The translations under genes and the position numbers were made by a program. The notes below the pieces were generated by a model. The model made no database searches, had not been told where the DNA came from, and saw only the letters and a program-made list of their open reading frames with translations. A DNA stretch of 64,000 nucleotides from Phallusia mammillata (taxonomy: Eukaryota), in contig OZ281497.1 in assembly GCA_965637545.1 (NCBI GenBank), positions 15,314,001 through 15,378,000 of the forward strand, read 5' to 3'. Shown here piece by piece: positions 13,901 to 28,025 of this stretch. Positions within the stretch are counted from its first letter, which is position 1; each line of letters starts with the position of its first letter.

Positions 13901-14624
13901 TCAGAATTTCGATTATGACATCATAAACGTGGGACTGATCTTCGTATAGTGCAGCTCAAACTGTGCACCTAGCTAGAAATTAATCTGGGTGTTTTGGGCG
14001 CTATTAGATGGTATGTATATGATATAAACCAAGTATTTTGAAACAAAAATAAACAGGTAAATGACGGTCGTTAGTAAAATAAGATGCGCAAAAAGGTTGT
14101 GCATCCCTGCACTAAGCTTTTATTTTCTTTTTTTGACGTACCAACTAGCAATGTGTGGTTTGTTCGTAAGCAGAAAAACAACAAAATATTGGCAGCAAAA
14201 ACATATCTTAACAAATAAAAATTGTCGGAATTAAAGGAATCTTGAAACAAGATGCTTGTATTATTATGTCAGATTTTAACAAAATGACTAACAGTAACTG
14301 TTGCCACTACGTTTGAACAAAAACTGATTATGATTATCCAAACAAAATTTTCTTAAAACCTACGATGTAACTTTGGGGTTCGACCAAAGGCTGAAGAATA
14401 TCGTGGGGGTTCGGCCGCTATAAAAAGGTTAAGAACCACTGGTTTAGCCCTATGCGTGCAACAACTTCATTACTTTGCAGAATTTGTACATCGTATTTTT
14501 TGTTCCTGAGACACACAACCGGTCAGTGGCTGAAATTCAAAACTTTTTTGGTCGAACGAAAACCTGCAAAGACGATGTGGAGAGTAGAAAACTGCTTTCA
14601 AAGGACAGTGACGTCGTTCGCTAG
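10942..14624 (+). CDS. SLC2/GLUT-like transporter 2
   Basis: Exons 10942-11082, 11504-11631, 11872-12581, 12906-13303 and 14481-14624; all GT-AG and in frame; motifs GRWING, PLFVAEI, QLSTQATG, LERFGSKK, PETHNRS. Confidence 0.9.
13447..14441. mobile_element. non-autonomous hAT element in intron 4 of SLC2-like 2
   Basis: TIRs CAGTGGTTCTTAACC / GGTTAAGAACCACTG; TSD GTTTAGCC. Confidence 0.9.
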
Positions 14625-15781
14625 TTTTGCGAAGAAAGCTGAACTGATTTATTGGTGAAGCAAATCATTCTAAATGAGCCGTAACTGGTCAAAACCAGTT
14701 TTTAAGTGACCCCTGCAATCGCGCTTGGGTGATTTTGTCTTGTAAAAATGGGAGTAGTGAGCACATTTGCTGTACAGTTGCTATAAGAGATCAAGTTGCA
14801 TGCTGTTTAATGCCGCCAATCGTCTTTATTCACGTTGCGAGAACTTATGTTTGTCGTGACCATTGCAACGAGAAAGTAACTTTATGTTTGCTTCTAAAAT
14901 TTTGTGTTTTTTATTTGAAAATTGGTCATTTTGTTGCAACATTGTTTTTATTTGCATTGCTTTTAATTGCCAACGTAAGTTGTAGGCTTGCGAACGAAAG
15001 TGTAGCTTGAGCATGGAATATTTGTTTATGTGCAACGAAAATTGTAAATTTATCTGGTATTGCCCAATTCAATAAACAAAACAACCGCGTAAAAAGCCGG
15101 AGGCTTAGGAAAAGGGTTGCGTCATTTAACATTACGGAAGCATACGAGGCGAAATACTGCACGTCTGTTTTCCTCTAGCTTGGGGCGGGTTGAGTCAAGT
15201 TGATAAAGCAAGTTATTTAAACATGTGAGTTTTGCCCATGGATGAAAATAGTGTATTTAAAGGAAGTGTGGCGTGAATGTTGCTGTGATATGTTTCGACA
15301 TGTACAGGTTTCTTATTCTTACTCTTACAGATTTTGAAATGGAAATGATTTAAAGTGCATGTTTTTAGCGGTTACTAGTATTTGAATAAAAGCAGGTAGA
15401 TTTGGCTACCATGAAATAGTCAAGTTCACCTAGAAATAAAAACCTGAACCTGGCAAGTTCATCAACGTGTTTTAGCATTTTTGTTTTCTGTACGTGTCAA
15501 ACTGCCCATTTTGTTTGCATTAAAAAGCTTAACAATTGCAAAATCAGTTCATTAGTAGCAAAAAAGTTGCGCTTTCTTCGTTTGTGTAAAACAATCAGTT
15601 CGTACCGCATTTACAATGTGATTGTGACCGCGAATACTTGTTTTAATTAATCTCTAAGCTTATTAGTCGTGCTTGACTGACAAGCCCAGAGGCACTGACT
15701 GGTGGTAGTTGCTTTGTTCGGCAATATTTAAACAGGTGGTTGGGAAAGTTGCAGACATGAACCTGATTAGTATGTATAAGA

Positions 15782-16325
15782 CAGGGGCGGGCAACTTCTT
15801 CAGTCGGCGGGCCTGATATGGGAAAATGAAGTACTTGGCGGGCCGGATTCCTGAATCGATACATTAATCGCGTATTTATCCAGTGATTTAAAACGGATTT
15901 TTGACCACATAAACCAAATACATTCAAGAACATCACAAATACAATACAGTCCAAACAATCTAACTGATATAACATAAAATTATTAACCACAGCGAATTTA
16001 ATGCATACACCACAGCCTTAGATACCGCTGAAACACAAACTAGGCTACACGTGTGGAAACAAAGGAAACCGTGAAAGCAGGCCACACACATGGTTGGCAG
16101 TTATGTCGTAACAATGGACGTATGGTGTAATGGTAACAACGACGGGAAAGTTTTTTGCTACTGGGGAGCGTTACTGTCCGTTACAACTAAAATTTGACGC
16201 AGTAAGCAAGTAGTGGGGGATTGTGGCAGACTGTGGCCGCGGGCCACATTATCATGTAAGACCTGAAACTGCCTGCGGGCCGCTCAAAATCCTGTGGCCC
16301 GCGGGCCGTATGTTGCCCGCCCCTG
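15782..16325. mobile_element. non-autonomous hAT element
   Basis: TIRs CAGGGGCGGGCAAC / GTTGCCCGCCCCTG; TSD GTATAAGA. Confidence 0.9.
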
Positions 16326-16491
16326 GTATAAGAGATGTAACAGGAATTTCTTTAAACGCAGATACCGAAACGTTTTTTTAAATCGCTACGGTTAACTTTT
16401 GAAGTATAATCAGTCGGCGAAATCTCAATAGAAAATTTGAATTATGTTTATTCTCCGAGCCTAATTCTAAGGTAACAGGTACCGCTGCACA

Positions 16492-19328
16492 ATGAAGCGT
16501 ATAAATTCAAATTTTTGTGTGTTCTTGGTCGTACTGAATCATGCAGCTATTTGGGTCCCAATGGGTTGGAATCTAGTTGCACTAAATCCCACTACCCCGG
16601 TTATTAAAAGTTTTGTCAACGAGACATTCCAGGTAATTACCGGAATCTGTTATTCAATATTTATCAAAACAAAGTGTCTAGAATTTCTTTAAATTTTAAA
16701 TATACTGGACCTGATTTACTGTAAGCTGAAACCTGTTATACCAGTCCAAGGCTGCACTGCTTATCGGTGACGTAATACATAAGCAGTTTAAAGCAGAGTT
16801 TAATTTTTACCACAGATTAAGTGCACATAAACTGCTCGCAAGGGAGAAATTACGTTTTATTCGAACAAAACCATCGTTACGATGTTACTCAGCGTTTTTA
16901 CACACTATTGGCGTCTTTGACCCTTACATATAAATTATACAAGCTTAGAGAATACTTTCGTAAACTCCTTTTAGATGCGGTACAACACCTCAGTTCCAGC
17001 AGAGACAAGCACATTGATTATAACTCTGTCCCAAGCTATGCTGATTGTTGGTTCTGCCATTGGTGCTTTTTCCACCCACGTATGGGTGACCTATTTCAGG
17101 TAAATTGGACTTTTTTGCTATTTGTAGAGTGATTTAAAGAAATATTGTTTAGCCGACGAACAGCTCTAGCAGTGGTTCATGCTCTTTCGGTGATTTCTGT
17201 GGTCTTAATGTCACCAATTTCGTTCTTTCTTAATTCATACGAGGCCTTGATCATTGGTCGTTTATTGAATGGACTTGCCAGAGGAATCGGATTTACTCTT
17301 GGACCTCTTTACGTATCGGAAATGGTCAGTCGCAAAACCTTGGGGCTATATCAAAGCCCAACTGGATGGATTGTACAGCTGAGTGCTGCGTTTGGTAACA
17401 TTATTGGTCATCCAAGTGTTTTAGGAGGTCCATTCACATGGCCTTTTGCTTTGGGACTACCAGGTATTTTTTCTGTGATTTACCTCTGCCTACTACCCTG
17501 GATACCACAAACAATTCCCCACGTCTTACACACCGAAGATAGCAACCAATCAAATTACACAACATCAACAAAGCCATCGTTTTTGTTGCTACAAAAGTTG
17601 CGCTCGATCAGAGGCGAAGAGCTTATGGAAGAATATTCCAGCATTAAGGCGGAAATCGAAGCAGACAGAGCAGTTGAAAAAGCGTCGGTTGCAACTCTTT
17701 TCAAAATCGGCAGATACCGACGACAACTGATAGCTGTTATCGTAATCCAGTTTAGCTTACAATCATCTGCAATCCAAGCGGTCTTTCAATACACCAACGA
17801 CATATTCATTCAGGCTGGTGTAAACCCTGATCATGCAACTTTCTATACTGTAGGTCAGTTGATATTCTTCCAACTAAAAATATTAAAAAACTATTGAATG
17901 GGAAAGTCATACAGTCTATCGTTGAATATTTTTTATGTCTTGTATCGTTTTCGCACTGAAACCAACCTAATTAGGTTCAAAATATGGATATTTTTAAAAT
18001 CAGAGTAGCGATTCACGGATAGGGCACTTTCATGGGTAATATATTATCCTACAATTACAATTCACATGGGGTCTTAATCGAGTTTGCTATGGTAATGCAA
18101 AGACAACGTTGTTGATAGTACATTTTGTGTGACATTAAAGAACCTGGTCAATGACTTCCAGGTAACGTTATACCATAACAGTTATTTCATGCCGTTAATG
18201 CCGCAGCATGGTTTACGCTGAGCAAAGTACAATATTTAAATATAGATTCAGTTTTAACAAAAACATCCCAATTACAATTTTGCAGGTACGTTGGCATTGA
18301 TGGCTCTAACGGTGTTTATATCAAGCAGAATACTTCCACGTATTGGTCCCAAACGAATGCTCGTGTGTGGTTTGATTATCGCCACCGTTGGTTTGATTTT
18401 CTTAACCATTTCTACTTCACTTAACTCTTCATCACCGACAGTTGGGATTGTTGGTGTGGTGGGAGTGACAATGTTTTCATTGGGCTTAGGAATAGGTCCA
18501 ATGCTTAACATGATAGCCTATGCTTCAATAATTACAACCACAGTAACCAGGCCAAACGCTATGTGGATGGCAGGAAACGTCTTCTGGATAACTGCAATAC
18601 TGGTGTCGTTTCTCTTCCCGTATGCCCTTGAGACCATAGGTGGATTTGCTTACATTCCGTTTATGGTTTCGACTGTTCTCGTGGTAAGTTTATTCAGATT
18701 TGTAGGGTATGCTTAATATAGCTGCGGGTTATCATCACAGCGTATAGTGGAGTTTCTTCGGATTGTTTTTTGTGGCTTTAAACATCATTATTCGCGCTTC
18801 ACTTCTTCTTTACAGTGTTTGTCATGCCACTAGATAAGTGCGCCAATTACTTATAAAATGCAAACCAATGGTCAGTTTATTGTCGGTCTTGTTTTAGGGT
18901 GTTATAAACATAAATTCACTGATACTCCTTGCTACCAAACTGTTCCGGTTTTTTCACATACTTAAATAATTTTCTATAGTGCATAACTTGGTGGTAAAAA
19001 GGAGAGAATTTATAACTGTTTTTTTTTCAACGCTTCATTGTTAGCAGCTATAGTATGTTACGGAAATTGTGTTATAGAATGCTTTATAACGCTACGCACG
19101 TTTTTGGGGCCTCGCATAACTAAACATTTGTTTTACATGTTATAATGTTATTTCTGGGCGATTGTATCTAAACGTTTTTTTTTCACGTAGGTGCTTTACG
19201 TTGTTGTCAGAATCCCACACACCCGAAATCGTTCCTCAGCTGAAATACAGAAGTTTTTTGTCAATTCTGAAAAGAATATGGCTCTACAGCCCATCGAAAA
19301 TCACGCAGCAATTTCTACGATGTCCTGA
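16492..19328 (+). CDS. SLC2/GLUT-like transporter 3
   Basis: Exons 16492-16632, 16975-17099, 17152-17853, 18286-18683 and 19191-19328; in frame; GRLLNG, PLYVSE, QFSLQSSAIQ, PHTRNRS. Confidence 0.9.
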
Positions 19329-19987
19329 GATTTCCAATCTGCAATCTAAACCAACGAGAAAAGTAATTCAAAACCCTTTTATACAATCCGCAACGCGTAA
19401 CCCTCAACTAACCGTCATACTTTTCCGTTTTGAATGATTTAGCCCTCGCTTGATGCATAGACTTCTCCCAAATTCTGTACTTTGCAAAAACGCAACGCCA
19501 ACACAAAATTCGTAAGACAGGCAACCTGGCGTTATCAGTTCTGCCTACACTTTGTGTCTGCGTGTCTGTTCACATATAATGTCTCGCTTTTTGATTTTTA
19601 AGTGCCATAAACGTGAATTTTATTCTGACTTCGTAAGATTGAAGTAGATGTCTTAAAGCTTTATTTACAAAACACTTTGTTGTTTTTTGCAATACTGGGA
19701 GAGACTTTTAATCGCCAAGTCTATAAAGCAAACATACATTTCAAATATAAAATAATGCAACGATTACACAACCTATTAAAATAAATAGGCAGTAACAGAG
19801 TGGTATATATTGTCGTATGATTTCCACGTCTCAAAAACTTAGATGTGATGGGATATGCTTTGGAACCAGTCGCTGAATGCTGTATCGCATTCATGCACTG
19901 TCCGATAACCACATAATTGTAACTTGGTTGAGAGGTATTTTTGGACAACATGATATGTATCTTACTTATCTGCTCCACAGTGTAGGC

Positions 19988-20762
19988 CAGTGGTTCCCAA
20001 CCGGGGTGCCGCGGCACCCTGGGGTTCCAATTGCAATGCTCAGGGGTGCCACGAGATATTGACATTGCAATACTGCGGCCCATTCTTTATTATAACTTTA
20101 ACCCGTGCTGAATTTATTTATTTCTAACCGAGTTTCAATAATAAATGTTAAGCACTCAGTTATTTTTCATTTAACACTAGAAGGCTTTTCGCTTGTTTCA
20201 TCATGATAACAACTTTTGTATGGGGATACGATACATAGCTAATCGGTAGGTACATGGTTAATAGCACGATACATAGCTAATCGAGAAAAGGCTAAGTTAT
20301 TAACCCTTTAACTGCGGCGGGCCGATAAATGGGCCCAAAGACATGGTTAATTGTAAATCGCGATAGAATACAAAGTGGTAAGAATTTTTTTCCAAACTGT
20401 GGTGCGTTTGAAAGCATATGTACAAATGGCTTCTATGTGTGAGTGGATTTTTTTGTATTAACGAACATAAAAACTAAAAAACGAGAACGGCAACTTATAG
20501 TCGAGGAAAAATTGTGGGTGGCTTTATCGAATGCACCTCCAGATATTAATGGACTTTGGCAAGAAGCCAAGGCCAAATTTCACACTGACTTTTGAATTAT
20601 TACATTTATTTACGCGCGCTATACTGTTCTCATTCTGTGTTATTTCATACAGTTATTTGAAATACAGAAACCTCAAAAAATGGATCCAGTTTTGCCAGGG
20701 TGCCCCAAACTATTTATCTTCATGATAGTGTGCCGCAAGGTCAAAAAGGTTGGGAACCATTG
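19988..20762. mobile_element. non-autonomous hAT element
   Basis: TIRs CAGTGGTTCCCAACC / GGTTGGGAACCATTG; TSD GTGTAGGC. Confidence 0.88.
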
Positions 20763-20770
20763 GTGTAGGC

Positions 20771-21915
20771 ATTCCGAATTAGTTCTTTCGCCTCAACATT
20801 GAAGCATGTGGGCAGTGCGAGCATGTTTTGATCGAATTCGGTTTTGCAGCCATTCTTGGTAACCATGTAGTAGGGGTGGATTTTTAAGTTTCTGATATTA
20901 TTCGCATTGTTTTGTTCAGTTGGGTGTTCAATTTTTTAGTGTGAGTACTACGCTCCCATGTTGGAGCACAGTATTCTGCAACTGTGTAACATAAACAAAA
21001 GCAGATGTTCTCAGGACCGATTGACTTGCTCCCCATCTAGTGGCTGATAATTTGTTGATCAGTCAGTTTCTTGTATTTATCTTATTTGATGGTTTCTGTA
21101 GATGTTCTCTATAATTTTGATTTGTGTTTAAAGTTATTCCAAGGTACTTCGGATTGGGGGCCGTGGGCAGTTGCCTTCTATCAATGCTAATATTGAGTTG
21201 TTGGTTTGAACGGTGATTGTCCAGATGGAAAAGAGCTGTCACTGTTTTAGTGGTGTTTTTTGTAGGTACCATGTCGTAAACTATTTCCGGAGATGGTAAG
21301 ATCTTATGTGAGTTGGTTTTAAAACATTAGATTATTTCCTTGATAAGTCAGTGCCCAGTCATCCGCATAGCTAGATTTAAGACATTTTGTTTATGGCATG
21401 TCACTAATGTATAGGTTGAATAGTGTGGGGGGCAGTACAGAATCCTGGAGTACACTGTTTTTGTTTTAAAAGTTTTACTTGTATCGGAACCTACACATGT
21501 GTAAAAGCGGCGAGCACCTGTCTTTTGTGAGAGGATTCGCAGCGTGGTTCTGCGTGTGATTATTTTTGCTAATCTTAGCACAAAAGCATCATGCCATACC
21601 GTATTGGGACTGCTGACAAATTTAAAAAAATGCCTCAAAATTTGATTTTTAGTTCATACACCGTTTTAATGTGTAATGTTAAAGCCAGGACTTGTTCTCT
21701 GGTACAACGTTGTTTTCTAAACCCAGATTGTTCAGGGGGTAAGAATGGTGCGATTAGTAACGCAATTCTGGCAGGGATGATTCTTTCCAATATTTTGTAG
21801 GTGCAGCATAGAAGAGAAATCGGCCTGTGTACAGGCCTACTTGGGTTGGTTGGTTGTTTTCCTGGTTTTAGGTTTGCATTCACTTTGGCTATTTTCCAAT
21901 CTTTGGAAAGTTTTC
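20771..21915 (-). mobile_element. degenerate non-LTR retrotransposon (LINE) reverse-transcriptase fragment
   Basis: Broken frames carry KPGK...RPISLLCCTYKILER, EQSGFRKQRCT, PKYLGITL and AEYCAPTW-like motifs. Many frameshifts; ends approximate. Confidence 0.8.
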
Positions 21916-22010
21916 CGGTTTAAACCATGCCTGTCTGTGCGTTCTTGGGCCCGGATCAAGCACGTTTTGTCAAAACTCAAACCCGAACACGACCCAAAAC
22001 CCGGCTAGAC

Positions 22011-22680
22011 CTACAAATATATGTAGTAGAATATGTGCAAAGGCAAAATGACGAAAGCCACTCACCTATTAGGCTATAGCCTCATTTGCTTATAACCGGA
22101 AAGATAAAAAGTGTGACATTTTGTTGCAGACATGAACATGGCTGGAAGCGCTAAGACAGACAGTTCCCTTGAACGCAGACATGCGGGGATGTGTCAAAGT
22201 TTTTTTTTTAGTGCACCTGTTTGTTTGTTTGCTTGCTGAGTAGATAAGTAGACTAATATGGAAGCGTGGAAATTACCCGGCCCAAATCCGATTTAATATT
22301 GTTATTAATAACATTTTTTAACAATTGTTAAAAACGAAATCCCGAGCCAAAGAAACGGAAAATGAGGCAAAAGCGATGCTGAGCGTGAAGCCAGGCCAAA
22401 ACCTGTCCCGAAAACCCGGGGTCGATCTACAAATGTATGTAGTAAAATATGTGCAATGGCGATATGATGAAAGCCACTTACCTAGCCTTGTTTGTTTATT
22501 GTCGCAAAGCCAGAGAGTGTGGCATTAAATAGTAGACATAAATATGGCTGGAAGCGCTGAGACAGACAGTTCCCTGCGCGCAGCCATGCGAGAATTTGTC
22601 AAATCTTGTTTTAAGTACAGCTGCTTGCTTGCTGAGCAGCTGGGCAGACTAATAGGGAAGCGTGGACACAAAGTTTATAC
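22011..22680. repeat. imperfect local direct duplication, about 410-bp period
   Basis: Blocks such as CTACAAAT.TATGTAGTA.AATATGTGCAA and ATGGCTGGAAGCGCT.AGACAGACAGTTCCCT occur near 22011/22426 and 22138/22543. Confidence 0.7.
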
Positions 22681-22858
22681 AATCATGTTTGCGAAATTTC
22701 TATCATTTGCTATCGATTTGTGGAATGTAACAGTTTTTAGACAAATGCTAGTTGAAAGCGTATGCAGTAACCAGTAACGAAAAAATAGTTTGCTAAATTC
22801 ACTTTCGTTATTTTTGTCCGAACTTACTGAGTAACAGGTGTCAGCTAACTGCGACGCA

Positions 22859-25800
22859 ATGAAGCGGATAAATTCTAATTTCTGTGTGTTTTTGGTCGTA
22901 CTGAATCATGCAACTATTTGGGTCCCAATGGGATGGACTATAGTTGCACTTAATCCCACTACCCAGGTTATTAAAGACTTTGTTAACGAGACGTTTCAGG
23001 TAATTATGGTTTTATTCAGGAAGTGAATACGTAATAAGAATTTACTTTTTTTATTGTTATTTTTAAATCGCTTACTTTACAGATTTTTAGTTAACAAACC
23101 GTCTTAATTTATCAAGTTTACATGGCATAACGTTGCATATGAAGGTCTGAGATGTAAACTTGTTGCTTGGGGGCTTGGGGCAATTATCTGCTCGCATAGA
23201 GCCAAATATTATATGTTAATAACCCACCCATACCGTCATTATATGAAGAAAACACTCGTATCAGAGTGGTAAGGCTTAGATTTCATCAAAAACAGGCCCA
23301 ACTTCACACTCTGTGTCGGTTAAAAAACAATTAAATTAATTAGCCAAGTAGTCAAGTAGCTAGTTCCTGGACCTGACCTAATGCCCTACAGTCCTAAAAC
23401 CCCTTGTTCAAGGTCATTGTCTGTTTTGTTTGTTGTTTTTGTCTTTCCGGGAGCTGTTATGCATAGGCAAACTTTCGGAACTCGACGGCTTCTCAAAGAG
23501 ATAAGGGTTCGGGCCGGGTTCCGGCTCTAATTTTGGGCCCGTATGCAACTTTGATTTAAACGGCTACTCACTGTTTCTGGCGTAGTAAACATTTTTACCT
23601 CCAGGTGTTAGACATAATTTAGGACAGAATAAACTCGAAAGGCTATTTTATATTTATTATTATGATGTTTTCGTGAATTTATTTACAGATACATTACAAC
23701 ACCTCAGTTCCAGCAGAGACAAGCACATTGATAATAACACTCGCCCAAGCTATGTTGATTGTTGGTTCTGCCATTGGTGGCTTTTCCACCCACGTGTGGG
23801 TGACCTATTTCAGGTGTGTTAGACTGTTTTGCTATTTGTGGAGTGACATATAAAGAAATGTTGTTTAGCCGAAGAACAGCTCTAACTATGATTCATGCTC
23901 TTTCGGTGATCTCTGCTGTACTAATGTCACCAATTTCGTTCTTTCTTAATTCGTACGAGGCCTTGATCATCGGTCGTTTATTGAATGGACTTGCCAGAGG
24001 AATCGGATTTACTCTTGGACCTCTTTACGTATCTGAAATAGTCAGTCGCAAAACCTTGGGGCTGTATCAAAGTCCAGTAGGATGGATTTTGCAGCTGAGT
24101 GCTGCGTTTGGCAACATTATTGGTCATCCAAGTGTTTTAGGAGGTCCATTCACATGGCCTTTTGCTTTGGGACTACCAGGTATTTTTTCTGTGATTTATC
24201 TGTGCCTGCTACCCTGGATACCACAAACAATTCCCCATGTCCTAAACACTGAAGATAGCAACCAACCAAGTTACACACCATCAACAAATCCATCGTTTTT
24301 GTTGCTACAAAAGTTGCGCTCGATCAGAGGCGAAGAGCTTATGGAAGAATATTCCAGCATTAAGGCGGAAATCGATGCAGACAGAGCAGTTGAAAAAGCG
24401 TCGGTTGCAACTCTTTTCAAAATCGGCAGATACCGGCGACAACTGATAGCTGTCATCGTAATTCAGTTTAGCTTACAATCATCTGCAATCCAAGCGGTCT
24501 TTCAATACACCAACGACATATTCATTCAGGCTGGTGTAAACCCTGATCATGCAACTTTCTATACTGTAGGTCAGTCGTTAGTGTTTTGGTTTGTAACACC
24601 AAACAAGAACCCTTAATTACAGCAAACTCGTATTAAGCAAATCGATTTTGCTTTAAAACTAACTTAATTATAATTTCCTTTACAAGCTTGCGCATTATCG
24701 CAATGCTTCAGCAAGTGAGTTCCTAGCATAAGGCTTTACTCACGTTGACTATGACCAGTGTTTTTTTTAAGGTGTTTTGGTTTCTCCAACGGTTTCCCAA
24801 AATTTGGATTTGGCTATTGTTTGGTATTTAAATGAAACACTTGCGGTATCTTAAAACTACTTAGCGGTCACCCAAACCAAACCTTAAAAAAAACCTGACT
24901 ATGACAAATGTACTGATGCCATTAACGAATTTTCGTCGATAATCAAGACAATGACATAGTCGAGGAGAGCACAAGCTTTTCGCTTTTGCCTGCTGCCTTC
25001 TCCGTCATAATTTAGTCAGCCGCCGACATGTGTTTTTCATGTGTTCCTTTTGTAAATAACAACGTAAAAAATATAATAAAATATATTTTTTGTCATACTA
25101 TTCCATAGACTCATGCCCAAATTACCAGATACTGTTCCTAATTACCTTAATTAGATTTGAACTGAAACGATTTGGCCCAGCGACTGAATCAACGGAGCGT
25201 CGTTTTAGGGACAACATTAATTTGATACATTATCTTTATTGCTTAAGTTTAGACAAAAACTTCACAACTGTTGTACTTTGCAGGTACGTTGACATTGATG
25301 GCTTTAACCGTGTTTATATCAAGCAGAATAGTTCCACGTACTGGTCCAAAACTAATGCTCATTTGTGGTTTGGTAGTTGCCATTGTTGGTTTGCTTCTAT
25401 TGACCATTTCCAATTCACTGAGCACAACGTCATCTACAGCTGGGATTGTCGGTGTGATAGGGATGACAATTTGTACATTGGGCTTAGGAATAGGTCCAAT
25501 GCTTGCTATGGTATCGTACGCATCCATCATTACAACCACAGTAACCAGGCCAAACGTCATGTGGATGGCAGGAAACGTATTCTGGATAACTGCAATACTG
25601 GTGTCGTTTCTCTTCCCGTATGCTCTTGAAGCCATTGGTGGATTTGCTTACATTCCGTTTATTGTTGTCACAGCACTCGTGGTAAGTTTTTCCCATCTGC
25701 GTAAGTTTATTAGCCTAGTTATGCATAAAAACAAACTAGTCAGCAGGCTGGTTGAGTAAAAGCATAATAGATGTTCCAGTGGTAAAAGTTGAAAACGCAC

Positions 25801-26075
25801 CGATTGTCACCTAAATACTGAATGAAGTTAGGCACTCTTTTTAGCCTCGCTTAAATAATACATATTTTAGATATTCTCCTTTTTTAGGGCGACTGTACAC
25901 TCAAGATTTGTTTTCCATGCAGGTGGTATACATTGTAGCCAGAATCCCGCACACTCGTAATCGTTCCTCTGCTGAAATACAGAAGTTTTTCATCAATCCG
26001 AAGAAAGCTATTGATCTTCAGTACATCGAGAATCACACTACAGTGTCAACCATCTCTCCGGATTTCGAAACGTAA
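22859..26075 (+). CDS. SLC2/GLUT-like transporter 4 (close paralog of 3)
   Basis: Exons 22859-22999, 23689-23813, 23869-24569, 25284-25681 and 25923-26075; in frame. Confidence 0.9.
24756..24897. mobile_element. hAT-type MITE (family also at about 47826-48795 and 49685-49848)
   Basis: Ends CAGTGTTTTTTTTAAGG / CCTTAAAAAAAACCTG; TSD ACTATGAC. Confidence 0.85.
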
Positions 26076-27205
26076 ATTCACACCAACATGAAATGCAAAC
26101 CCAAAACACCTTAATTTCGAGTACCTCTGGTCTTGAAAGAGTTTTATTATACTGTCAACTCCTTTGAATTTGTGAAAAACCGTCACTTTATTACCAAAAA
26201 TGGGATACTGTATATTATGTTTAATATGGGTTTTCGTGCATAGATATGTGACACATTTTGTGCTTGTCCCCAATTAACTGTTTGTGCGTTTTGGGGTGTT
26301 GGTAAAAGTTGACTTACATCTACAAAATACAATATTGTCCTGCTTTGTAATCGATGATATTTGCTATATAATATGTATTGTTTGAATACCTTGCGGATTC
26401 CTAATTGTTTTCTAGTTGAACGCAACTGGTTTTGATCATGCTTACTCCGAAGTGTTCAAACATTGCGAAAACAATCAGGTTTTAAATTGTGGAAGCAAAT
26501 TTTAACATTGCACATCAAACATTAGGTTACTGACAACTTATTACTTATTGAAACAAAAACGATAATAACCTAATCGTGTAAAATAAATAAAAAAAAATCA
26601 ACTCTACCCATGACGTCAATGCGAATATTACATCATTTATGTTACAATCGTGAGCATTTCCCACATTCAGTTTTGCATGTTAGGGAACTCACCAAAACCT
26701 TACACCAAAGCTTGAAAAGTTCAACGTGGTTGCCTGAAGAGAAGCTGAGGACATCTACGATTTATCAAACAAAAATCGCACAGTCGACACCTAACTGGTT
26801 ATCCATGATAACATAATTACGTCACAATGACAATGGCGTGGTAAACATAAATCGGCAAAACGGAAGATGACAAACCTTATTTACATAGAATAGAACAGGG
26901 TTTATAGAATAGAACAGGGTTTTGACATTCTGTGATTTTTGTTGGAATGAGGTTGGGTTGTTGTATTTGACACCTTTTAAAGTGTTGGTCATTCAAAAAG
27001 ACGTTTGCTTTGTTCTACACGTCATAAGACAAAAATGTCGGCCTGGTTTTTAACTGTTTATTACGTTGGCCATAGTAATTGTTTTCTGTGTCTAATTCCC
27101 CTCTTTTTTGTTGTGCACCAGTTTCCCCTTTATAGCAATTAACATGGATTTTGTTGTTGTGAATTTTGTACCAAGTTTGCTTGTCAAGTGGCAGGTCATT
27201 TAAGG

Positions 27206-28025
27206 CAGGGCTTCCCAAACTGGGGGTCGCGACCCCGGAAGGGGTCGCTAAACAAACTTGAGGGATCGCAGAGAGCTGTACCAATTACTCCATACACAGA
27301 AAGAATGTACCCCATGGCGTGGAGTACGGGGGTGTGGGGGTGCCGCACGAACAGACGTCGGTTGAAACGCAACGATTGCAATTGTTTTGAAATACAAAGG
27401 CATTTTAATGCAACATAAACTATGACATATAGAGTTATAGACTAACGTTTAAGTATTGTTTGGCGCAAAAACTTTCTCCAATGAAAAATAAAAATAGGTA
27501 ATAAATTTACGATTTCAAAGCAGTGTTTAATATCCGTTTGCAAAGCACTGCAATGGCCTAAACTTGGTGCAAGGTGACCTCAAAACTTGGTGCAAGGTGA
27601 CCGTCAATAATACATGATTTAAAACATAAATTGCTTTTACTTTATTTTTCGCCTTAACAAATTACTTAAAACCTAAATCGTTGTTAAAATTGCCGATTCG
27701 GCAAATCGTCCTTCACGTACGTGCGTATCATCTCGACGCACAGCAAATGTCCAAACCACACGAATACATTGTGACAAGTGCCTATTTGCAAAACAACTTG
27801 ACAGAAACTAAAGGCTAAAGCACGTAAAAGGTATCGGTGTTTGGACGTGTAAATTAGTAGACTCCCGAGTTCCCGTAGGTTGTTTTTAGTTTTTGCTCAA
27901 ATTAGTCGTTTCAATAAATACAACAACCGTATTTTTCGCACTGTTTATCATATTATCCGTGAAGGGTCGCGGACAATTTTAATAGATTAAACGGGGTCGC
28001 GATTAAAAAAGTTTGGGAAGCCCTG
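27206..28025. mobile_element. non-autonomous hAT element
   Basis: TIRs CAGGGCTTCCCAAAC / GTTTGGGAAGCCCTG; TSD ATTTAAGG; empty sites in the paralogous segments near 37308 and 49028. Confidence 0.92.

Noticed and set aside
20300-20340. piggyBac-like end TTAA-CCCTTTAACTGC
   Set aside because: No matching second terminus was found; it is left as an unassigned fragment inside a hAT element.
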